A stretch of DNA of 63,058 nucleotides, filler included, from Hausera hauseri (Eukaryota), in assembly GCA_046269625.1 (NCBI GenBank). It is 10 parts of 10 records of this genome, joined end to end, with 100 filler letters (N's around TTAATTAATTAA, not from the genome) between each part and the next. Parts side by side here need not be neighbours in the genome. Positions count along the whole stretch, not along the records: positions 1 to 13,702 come from JBJURY010766539.1; 9 more parts are not named here. The stretch is one strand, 5' to 3'. Made by a program: the position numbers and the translations under genes. Each line of letters begins with the position of its first letter. The stretch's first letter is position 1. The notes below the pieces were generated by a model that was not told where the DNA came from, did no database searches, and worked only from the letters and a program-made list of their open reading frames with translations. Shown here piece by piece: positions 1 to 9,300 of this stretch.

Positions 1-2
1 AA

Positions 3-368
3 GATACTATAGAAAAACTCCAGCAAAAGATTAGATCTAAACTAAAAGAAAGTAAGACTAATACGTTAGAAGACGGGGATAAGATAGCTGAATTAAAACA
101 GCTATACCTCGAATTAAAAGAACAGCAGACTTGTGAAAAAAGACACAAAATGCTGAGTGAAAATGTTATCATAGCTCCAGTTGGTAGACCCAAAAAGTCC
201 CCCGAGTATGAATCAGAAACTGAAAAGAAGATTAAGAGGAAAGATAAACCTCTCATACAAGAATTAAAAACTCCTGAACTAAGTTTGTCTTCGGAAAGTG
301 AAGTTGAGAAAAGCGAATCTAATGGGAAAGGTGAACCAAAAGAAAAGATAAAGAGAACAAGAAAGTAG
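3..368 (+). CDS. 3' end of upstream ORF (possibly gag C-terminus), K/E-rich
   Basis: Frame open from base 3 to TAG at 366-368; overlaps the start of the -1 frame ORF, which is open from 335; no gag motif visible. Confidence 0.45.
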   Translation, partial: DTIEKLQQKIRSKLKESKTNTLEDGDKIAELKQLYLELKEQQTCEKRHKMLSENVIIAPVGRPKKSPEYESETEKKIKRKDKPLIQELKTPELSLSSESEVEKSESNGKGEPKEKIKRTRK

Positions 369-496
369 AACGGTCACCTGAGTTTGATAGTCCACCCATA
401 GATTTAGATAAGGATGGTATAGAAATAGTTCGGAAGATATCCGGCTATGCCAACCAAGAATTAATTGATGGAACACAGTTTAAGCAGGACCTTTCA

Positions 497-3400
497 ATGT
501 TATTATCACCGACAATTAACCACCATCAATTTGCTAATTTATTGGACTTATTGTTAGTGTATGCTGCAGGCACAAGTCCATACCAGAATATTATACGGTA
601 TATAATTTATCGTTATGCAGATAAAGTAAGCAGAATTGGAGAGAACCCAGAAGTAATAGTTACTCTTCAGCAATACAATCAGGACTTTTACGTCCTAAGA
701 ATGAAGTCGTCAGATACGATAGCCTTTTTAAAGCATAGAATTAATGAAATAAAACAATCTCAAGGAGAACTAGACTTGCGTTTCTATGGACGAACGCTGA
801 TGGATCATGAAACCTTATATGAGGTAGGTATCTGGGAAAACAGATATAATCCAGTATGTATTACTTATAGACAGCCCGAGCAAGAGGTAATTGATGAGAT
901 CATAATGGATGTTAGGCGAAAAGAAACGGAAGAAGCTGAACATCATCAAGAAGTAAGAACTGAAATGAATATTCCTATATCTGAGCAAATACAAACAGAT
1001 AAAAAACCCCGTGGAAGACCGAAAGGTACGACAAAACTTTACCAATTAAAAGGCAGAAAAGCCAGAGATGACGAAGTTGTTCGGAGATTGCTAACAACAG
1101 AAGATGAGTATGATGTAGATAATGTATCATTAACAACATTACTACAAACCTTGTTAGCAAGAATACACAATGCATTTGTTGAGTTCAATACCAATTTACA
1201 AATACCTGATGCACTAATGCAAGCTATAAGAAACGAAATTGCAAAGATTAGTGAGCAATTTGCAGATATCCCTACGGATGAGAGAATAAATGAAATTCAA
1301 GAAAGGGATATTTTATCAAGAATGATGGGAACCGGTATATCCCGAAATAAAATTATAACGGCCATATCGTATCTCTTGTATAAAATAATAGTCATGAACG
1401 GTGTGAATCCGAATCAAGAAGAAATAGAAAGAAACATAGAAATTGCTACCAAAGCGTTAAAGGCCAATGTTGAAGGATGGGTAAAATGTAGAGGTGGATG
1501 GATCACTAGTTTGATTCATACGACAATACATGAATCGGTGCCAGTTACACAACGACAAACGGAATATCTTCCACCTCAACGACCAGAGAGGCAACAAAAT
1601 GTACAACCAGATTTTGATCTATCGTGGTTAACTAAAGTTATACCCATACTTCTCTTATTCAGTCTTATGCCAAAAACACTCTCTATCATTGCTTATGATT
1701 GCAGTCAAGCTAAGGAAGGTCCTATATATTCCTTGTTGGATTTAGAAAAGTGTCCATTTGCTAATCCGGCATCATTAACTACAATAACAGATAAGGATTA
1801 TTATGTTTATCAGGAATCGGAGTTTGTAAAAACCAAAGTGAAAGAATGTTTTGTTCGAAGAAACCAATTCCATTTTATCTGCGGATATTGGTATAGGAAT
1901 TCGGCCATAGTAGAACCGACTACTCCGTTTGAGCCACTCCCTATAAGCAAACGAATGTGTATAGAGGCCTTCGTAACAAAACAAATTAACATCGGAAGTA
2001 TTCGATTAAAAGCTCAAAAAGGAAAAATTATCAACAAGAGGATATTTGTGGCTGGAACAATTGACAAAACAGGCTACTGTAAAGGACAATCCTACATTAT
2101 AAATGGTGAAATGTTGGATAATATAGTAGCTATTGAGGATTATCAAGTTGAGTTGAGAGAGTATGATGCTCTCTTTGAGTTATCATCAGGAAAAATGATG
2201 ACATTTCCTGAATGCGATTACTACAACAAGGAATGTGACACTGGAGAATCAATTATGTCATATGAAGTGGATAAGGATCAATGCCAATTAGCCTTTTTAA
2301 GAAGTGGGAAGTTTAATAAAACGAAAGGAAAGATATACAAAGAAGAGATATCGAAGAGTAGATTAGATCGAATATCAGATACGATTGAAACACCAACCAT
2401 AATATATTCGGCCGATCCAAGCGAAGGTATGAGATTTAAAATAGAAGGTAAAACTAAAAGATGTAACCAAATAGTATATCGAACAAATTATAAAGGTATA
2501 TTTCTATCAATAGATAAAATAAAGGAAGCAAAGAGAAATATAGACAAATCGGAAGTAAAGCCACATTTGTATTTCGATAACAAGATTGACTTTATCTACC
2601 ACTTCCAACAAGAAAATATCTATGCAATGTATAGAGAAATAATACTAAATGATTGTAAACTGAACAAAGAGATTATTAGGAATCGAATATATTTGTCAGC
2701 AATAACGGACGGTATAATGAAAGATCCAGCAGAATCACCCGATACAGAAGGAAAGTTTGCCAGAACAATGGGTGAAACCCTCGTAACTTTCGAGTGTGCA
2801 AAAGTAGCAGTTAAATTAAGACCTATTAAAGATTGTACTATGGAACTACCCGTCTGGTATAAAGAGAAACCACGTTTTCTACAACCAATTACTAGGATAT
2901 TGTTGGATCCTATGGAAAAGCCACTTGTACACCAGAACTGTACATATACTATGTCACCAACGTTCAGGTTGACCAATGATTATTGGATAAGCATGCCCGG
3001 TAAAGAACGGGTGACCACACCCAGAAGAATTAGTTTAATAAACCTAAAGACTGAACAAACCTATAAGCCATTGACAGACTTAGTAAAAATGGGTGTATAC
3101 TCCGAACAGGATATGGAAAATCATAGAAGGATGATGATGGTCCCACAACAGAGACAAAAAGTCTTAACAGAAATGGCCATGAAGGTATTATCTGAACATA
3201 CCGGCAAAGCTAACTGGGAAAATTTGATGGGACCCGATTACGCAAAGAAAATTGCTAGAGATATATTTGCAACTGCATGGGGATGGTACATGTGGTTCGG
3301 CCAGTTTAACTCTGGATGGTTGGGATTTTATTATATCTTTGCCTTCATAAAAGCAATATTAACCATGATAACAAAAGGATATGGTATAAAGCAAGCTGCT

Positions 3401-6322
3401 GGATGCACATGGAAAATTATTTATGCGGTGATCCCATTCGTAGCTAGTTGTTTCTTAATAAAAAAAGATGCTGAGTGGAAACAGAAAAATAAAAATGATA
3501 ATAATGATGAACCATCAACAAAATTAATTGAGAAGATGGGAGAAATAAAACCTCAATCGCTTGAGAATACAAAAAAGACGTGGAGTTTGATTACTGCCCG
3601 AAGTAAGAAAAGAAGAACCTTACTTGCGGATATCCCTCAAATGAAACGATGGAACGAGTATCCAATGGAACAACAATGTTTTATGTCACCTAATGAATAT
3701 ATAGATGTACATTGTTCCAGTGATGTGGATAATTGCGAGTCAAAACATATGAAACTTACATTTTATCCAACGGCCCCAAAAGAGGCTCTGATAACAAGTA
3801 TTGACGGAGGAAAAGTAATTCCGAGAATAGTAATTTGGATAGACGGATATCCTCTTACTGCAATAATAGACACGGGAGCATCAGCTTCGATGATCTCTCG
3901 CAAACAGCTGCCAGAACAATTAAAGAAAAAGTTACAGAAACCTATAGAAGATCTCACAAATGTCGGTGCTTTTGGAACAAAGGTACAAGTGCGAGACATA
4001 ATAAAATGTGACACTAAAGTCCTGAATCAAAAATTCGAACAAGAATTCAGAATAGCGGATGAACTAGTAGCCGAAGCTATACTTGGGTGCGATGCATTGG
4101 CAAAAATGAAAGATATGTGTATCCATTTAGAAACTCAACAAATCCAACCTCTTCGAAAGATGAAAAATGGAAAGAAAGATACAGTCTCCATTAAAGAAGA
4201 TGTACTGATTCCGGCTAAAACAGAAGTTGTACTCAAAGCAATAGTCGAAGGAAGATATGAAGGTGAAGTTTATATAGAACCAAATATAAGTTTTATGACT
4301 AAGAACGAACTATGGATAGCTCATATGATTGACAATATCCGAGAACAACAAGTGATCGTCAGGATAGCCAATGTTTCAAATAAGTCTAAATTTCTCAGGA
4401 AAGGCACAAGAATTGCCTACGTTTACACTATAAAAGATGTAGGCAATAAGGCAACAGAAGATATTATTTCTATTGTACAGGAGTTATCCAATTTTATGGA
4501 AAGACAAAAACAAACTTCAAGAACCAAGTGCGATATACGATTCGAAACAGAACCGATGAATAAATTAAAAGGACATCTTAATAAAAAGAAGATAATAACA
4601 CAGTTAACTAAAACTCTAATTAATTGGAATGATTTTGATCTATTTGGCAAGGACAGTACATTAACAGATATAGAAAAAGAAGGTATAGTTAAAATATTAC
4701 AACAATATAAGGATACCTTCGCAATAGATGAATATGATATGGGTATCATACCAGTCATCAAGCATGAGATCAAATTAAAAGCCGGGATGGAAACCCCTAT
4801 TAAAAAGAGACCATACAGACTCAATTATGACAAAAGAGAAAAAGCCAAAGAAATAATAGCTGAGATGAGAAAATATGACATAATCAGACCCAGCAATTCC
4901 CCCTGGGCGGCTCCTATCGTTATGGTACAGAAGAAGGATGGATCCATTAGAATGTGTGTAGATTATCGTGCTCTTAATGAAGTAACGGTAGACAATACCT
5001 ATCCGTTACCCAGAATTGATGAGCTATTGGATAAATTAAAAGATAAAATGTTGTTTACTACATTAGATCTACAGAAAGGATTTTGGCAGATAGAGGTACA
5101 AGAAGAAGATAAACAAAAAACGGCCTTCGTCACAGCAGATGGACATTATGAGTTTAACCGAATGGCATTTGGAATGAAGAACTCTCCGGCAACGTTTCAA
5201 ACAGCCATGGATATAATAACAATGGATGCTCCACACATAATGTGTTATGTAGATGATGTGATAATTGCTTCAAGTGATTATAAACAACATAAGGAACATC
5301 TCAAAGATATGTTGGAGAGGTGTGCCCTTCTCGGTATAAAAATAAGTTTAAAGAAATGCTGTTTTGCTAGGACAAAAGTAGATTTTTTAGGCCATACGGT
5401 CAGTAGAGAAGGCATCAGTCCACAGATTGGAAAGATCAATAAAATACAGGATTTTCCAGTCCCAAAAACAGTGAAAGGAGTTCGTAAATTTCTCGGTCTT
5501 ACAGGATATTATAGAAAATTTGTTAAAAATTACCAACAAATAGCTTCTCCTTTACATTCGTTACTACAAGAAAACTCTAAACTAGTGTGGACCCAGGAAT
5601 GCCAAAAAGCGTACCAACAACTGAAAGATAGTTTGTTAGCCCCACCAATATTGGCTTATCCAAATATGTCTAAACCATATTTCTTAGCCACAGACGCAAG
5701 TAAAGTTGGAATAGGAGTTGTTTTATCTCAGAAGGATGATCAAGGACAAGAGCATCCTATATCATTTGGAGGACGAAAATTGAGAAAACACGAGAAAAAT
5801 TATTCTACAATTGAAAGAGAATTACTCGCGATCGTATATGCTTTAGAACAGTACGGACAGTATTTGTCGGAAACCAAACCAATTGTTATCTATACCGACC
5901 ATAAGCTGCTACAATGGTTAAAGAATCATAAAAATCCAAATAGTCGTTTGATGAAATGGGCAATGCTACTTCAACCTTACGACTTGAAGTTTGAATATAA
6001 GACTGGTAAGGCCAATGCAAATGCAGACTACATGTCCAGAATACCTGAGGACATAGATCAAGAGGAAGAAATAACGGATAAACCAGGCGTTATAGCAGCC
6101 ATCTGGAGTATTACGGAACATGAAAAATCTTTGCAACAAAAACAACAAGATGATGAACAAATAAGACAAATTATGGAATATATCCAAAAGAAAATTACAC
6201 CAAAAGATATTGATCTTCATACTCACTTAATAAAGTTTGCTGAAAACTATCAAATAAAAGATGGCATATTACATTACAATTATAAAGGAAAATTGGTTGT
6301 TGTTGTCCCCAAGAGGATATAA
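497..6322 (+). CDS. pol: Polyprotein part 1: Ubl, AT-hook, fusion glycoprotein, aspartic protease, RT, RNase H, start of IN (frame open from 335)
   Basis: PR IIDTGASASMI (~3869); RT SPWAAPIVMVQKKDG..MCVDYRALN and YVDD (5246-5257); RNase H ATDASKVGIG, YSTIERELLAI, TDH, NADYMSR. Confidence 0.93.
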   Translation: MLLSPTINHHQFANLLDLLLVYAAGTSPYQNIIRYIIYRYADKVSRIGENPEVIVTLQQYNQDFYVLRMKSSDTIAFLKHRINEIKQSQGELDLRFYGRTLMDHETLYEVGIWENRYNPVCITYRQPEQEVIDEIIMDVRRKETEEAEHHQEVRTEMNIPISEQIQTDKKPRGRPKGTTKLYQLKGRKARDDEVVRRLLTTEDEYDVDNVSLTTLLQTLLARIHNAFVEFNTNLQIPDALMQAIRNEIAKISEQFADIPTDERINEIQERDILSRMMGTGISRNKIITAISYLLYKIIVMNGVNPNQEEIERNIEIATKALKANVEGWVKCRGGWITSLIHTTIHESVPVTQRQTEYLPPQRPERQQNVQPDFDLSWLTKVIPILLLFSLMPKTLSIIAYDCSQAKEGPIYSLLDLEKCPFANPASLTTITDKDYYVYQESEFVKTKVKECFVRRNQFHFICGYWYRNSAIVEPTTPFEPLPISKRMCIEAFVTKQINIGSIRLKAQKGKIINKRIFVAGTIDKTGYCKGQSYIINGEMLDNIVAIEDYQVELREYDALFELSSGKMMTFPECDYYNKECDTGESIMSYEVDKDQCQLAFLRSGKFNKTKGKIYKEEISKSRLDRISDTIETPTIIYSADPSEGMRFKIEGKTKRCNQIVYRTNYKGIFLSIDKIKEAKRNIDKSEVKPHLYFDNKIDFIYHFQQENIYAMYREIILNDCKLNKEIIRNRIYLSAITDGIMKDPAESPDTEGKFARTMGETLVTFECAKVAVKLRPIKDCTMELPVWYKEKPRFLQPITRILLDPMEKPLVHQNCTYTMSPTFRLTNDYWISMPGKERVTTPRRISLINLKTEQTYKPLTDLVKMGVYSEQDMENHRRMMMVPQQRQKVLTEMAMKVLSEHTGKANWENLMGPDYAKKIARDIFATAWGWYMWFGQFNSGWLGFYYIFAFIKAILTMITKGYGIKQAAGCTWKIIYAVIPFVASCFLIKKDAEWKQKNKNDNNDEPSTKLIEKMGEIKPQSLENTKKTWSLITARSKKRRTLLADIPQMKRWNEYPMEQQCFMSPNEYIDVHCSSDVDNCESKHMKLTFYPTAPKEALITSIDGGKVIPRIVIWIDGYPLTAIIDTGASASMISRKQLPEQLKKKLQKPIEDLTNVGAFGTKVQVRDIIKCDTKVLNQKFEQEFRIADELVAEAILGCDALAKMKDMCIHLETQQIQPLRKMKNGKKDTVSIKEDVLIPAKTEVVLKAIVEGRYEGEVYIEPNISFMTKNELWIAHMIDNIREQQVIVRIANVSNKSKFLRKGTRIAYVYTIKDVGNKATEDIISIVQELSNFMERQKQTSRTKCDIRFETEPMNKLKGHLNKKKIITQLTKTLINWNDFDLFGKDSTLTDIEKEGIVKILQQYKDTFAIDEYDMGIIPVIKHEIKLKAGMETPIKKRPYRLNYDKREKAKEIIAEMRKYDIIRPSNSPWAAPIVMVQKKDGSIRMCVDYRALNEVTVDNTYPLPRIDELLDKLKDKMLFTTLDLQKGFWQIEVQEEDKQKTAFVTADGHYEFNRMAFGMKNSPATFQTAMDIITMDAPHIMCYVDDVIIASSDYKQHKEHLKDMLERCALLGIKISLKKCCFARTKVDFLGHTVSREGISPQIGKINKIQDFPVPKTVKGVRKFLGLTGYYRKFVKNYQQIASPLHSLLQENSKLVWTQECQKAYQQLKDSLLAPPILAYPNMSKPYFLATDASKVGIGVVLSQKDDQGQEHPISFGGRKLRKHEKNYSTIERELLAIVYALEQYGQYLSETKPIVIYTDHKLLQWLKNHKNPNSRLMKWAMLLQPYDLKFEYKTGKANANADYMSRIPEDIDQEEEITDKPGVIAAIWSITEHEKSLQQKQQDDEQIRQIMEYIQKKITPKDIDLHTHLIKFAENYQIKDGILHYNYKGKLVVVVPKRI
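650..868 (+). other. Ubiquitin-like domain within the polyprotein
   Basis: SSDTIAFLKHRI and LRFYGRTLMDHETLYEVGI align with ubiquitin PSDTIENVKAKI and LIFAGKQLEDGRTLSDYNI; no C-terminal GG. Confidence 0.75.
1001..1027 (+). other. AT-hook motif
   Basis: KKPRGRPKG. Confidence 0.7.
1625..3460 (+). other. Env-like class III fusion glycoprotein (chuvirus/Jingchuvirales G-like)
   Basis: Internal signal peptide WLTKVIPILLLFSLMPKTLS, then IIAYDC..YSLLDLEKC; Cys-rich ectodomain (KVKECFV..FICG, GETLVTFECAKV, CTMELPV..FLQPITRIL); C-terminal WGWYMWFGQFNSGWLGFYYIFAFI TM. Confidence 0.8.
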
Positions 6323-6327
6323 AACTA

Positions 6328-9300
6328 TTGTTAATACAATACCATGATGGTATGTTGGGAGGACATCAATCAAAGAAGCGAACATTGGGTAGATTGAGAA
6401 GAAAATATTACTGGCATAAAATGCCTAAAGATGTAGAAGAATGGTGCAAAAGTTGCCCCAAAAATACTGGCTCAAAAATTAAGGTCCCCCTTAAACCACT
6501 GGAGTGTCCACCAGCCCCAATGGAGTTCTCAGCAATGGACATTCTAGGACCGTTACCTATGACAATAAATGGAAACAAATATATGTTAGTATTTGTTGAT
6601 CTATTTTCCAGATGGCCGGTCGTAATACCAATACCAGACCAAAAAGCCCAGACGATTGCTCAGGCCTTTGTCGAGGAAATTGTTTTTAATTATGGAGCAC
6701 CAACCAAATTATTGACGGATCAAGCACCAAACTTCACAGGAGAAGTCATGGCGCAAATATCAAAAATATTTCAGGTATTACAATTAAAAACTACCCCGTA
6801 CCATCCTCAAACAAATGGAACAGTGGAAAGATTTAACGGAATTTTAACCAATATGTTAGCTACAATGGTCAATGAACGACAAGACGATTGGGATGAGTAT
6901 ATTAAACCATGCCTGTTTGCAATTAGAAACACAATTCATCCAGCAACTAAGGAAACACCTTTTTATTTGATGTATCTGAGAGATACTCATATGCCAATTG
7001 ATTTGGATTTTAAAATTCCAATTTCCCATTTAAAAGATCTGGAATATAAAGAATTGTTAGAAGAAAAATTAGGGTATGTATGGAATCTAGCGTCTCGTCA
7101 CATGAAGATATGTCAAAAAGAATATAAAGAACGATACGATGAAAAAGCGAAACCACATGACTTTAAACCTGGTGATAAAGTCATGTTACATACACCCTTA
7201 AATAAGAAAGGAAAGACACCGAAATTAGATAGACCATACAAAGGTCCATACATAGTTCAAAAAGCAGATGAAACTAACATCTATCTAAATAAAAATAAAA
7301 GAAATAAAATCGACCCTATAAAAGTTCATGTAAACAGGTGTAAACCAGCACCTATAGAGTCGAAAATAAGGAATGAAAACCTCAGTTCGTTATTAATGGT
7401 AATATTTATGACATTAACCTTAGTGACCGGTATATCAGCTCAAACATTAGATGTAAACTATAAGGCCGTACAAATTGGAAAATATCCCTGTATAAAAATT
7501 ACAGCCAATCGGAATCTGACAACAGATGAATATATACACATATTCATATCGAAATATCCGGTACTAGAGAAAACAACACCAGAAAATTGCGACTTATATT
7601 ATAATCACTCGGTACACATTTGTTGTGGACTTTCATTTGGAGAAACATATAGAATTCAGTATGCAACTGGGAAAAGTGATCAGAGTTACAGAACATATTT
7701 CTCCTTCCCTGGTACTACCCATCATTTTAATCGACCATATTTTCTTATTTCATTTTACCCTAAAATTATGAAAAATGGACCTTGTGTAACAGCGGAACCA
7801 GATGTTACAATTACGAGATATGTCACATTCAAATACATAATATTTGATGGTATTAACAGTATATACTGTAAACCAAATTATGAAAATCCATATATATGTT
7901 GTCCCATTGCCTTTGACAAGGAATATATGATATATTACTGGACTACATATAATGGCCAAACCTGGTCAAAAACATCAGATGGCCCGGAGATAATGGTAAG
8001 ATCTCCCCCTAAGAAAATTACAATCTCAACAAAGAAAACAATTACTTTAACAACAACACCCACTTTAGTAACCAGCCTAACAACTAAAGCCAAAAAATTC
8101 ATTAAAGAATTAGATATAATCATCCAACCTACAATTCATTCATTGGTTATTACGGCATCCGATTTAAAAACTACCAATATAAAATTTGAATGCTATCTTA
8201 ATTATAGAATAATTAGTGAAGGTGTACTAACTCCAGATGAACCAACATCATCTTGCTTATCTTTGAAAGCCGACACCAGTTACCAAGTTATTATAACAGA
8301 ACTAGATGAGGATGGACAAGTTTTACAGGTTCTTAAAAGGAAGGAGAAAACGTTGAAATTACCTATGATTAATACAGAAAGAGTTACGAAAATAGTTACT
8401 ACACAAAAATTTGAACAAACTTCAAATAAACATTCTTGGATAATTATTATATTATGTATTCTTTTAATATTGGTAGTCATATTAATACCTTTAACAATTT
8501 ACTGTTTAAAAATAAGGCGGCGACAGAACAGGGTAAGAAAAATGCTAAATCATTTAAAAATGTTAAAAGAAAACTCCCAAAACTCCTTATTAGATATAAG
8601 CGCGTCTGTTTTAGAAAATCCACGGCAAGTTGAAAAACTTACCGACCAAAAACGGCTAATCCGCCCGTTAAAAGACACGACCGTTTGTCTATGTACTCGA
8701 ATATACGATGAGGCCGCCAAAACCTTAGTGACCTATATAAGAATTAAACAATCAAAATACGATAATGTCCTATTCTTTAAAACCGCTTGGCTAATGCTAA
8801 TGTTTTTATTTTTAGTCCAAGAAGGTGCAGAACGAACTGAAAGGCCCAATGCTTTTTACAATCACATTTTGTCTAATTTATGGGCTACTTCTCATCAGAA
8901 CTATTGCTACTATGGAAAAGCTGTACTCATCCCCAATAACCTCAAGGGATATTCTATCCAGCAAAGAAGTGGTCTCATAGTAAAATTGCAACAGAGATCA
9001 ATTAATCTCTCCGATCTAATAAATACATCCGGATATACCTATGCTGTATATATCTCAGTCGCCAGAGGAATTATTCAACTCAAAAGTAAGTCACATGCAA
9101 CGGGAATCACGGATGTGATGGAGATCTTAAACCGAGTAACCGTTCGTTTGGACCCTCGACTATACCTTAACGCTACAATTACTATACGAACATGCGAAGG
9201 ATCATTCCCAATAATTTATATAGAAGTGATTAAAAAGGATCAAATACTTCGCTTGGATTACCAAATTCCAAAATTTATGACACCCAGACCTAAGGAAACT

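Noticed and set aside
324-330. GGGAAAG as the slippery site
   Set aside because: Wrong phase, and the -1 frame has a TGA at 332-334 right after it
4170-4430. dUTPase-like beta segment between PR and RT
   Set aside because: A degenerate region commonly seen in Gypsy pol (also present in element B); no dUTPase catalytic motifs
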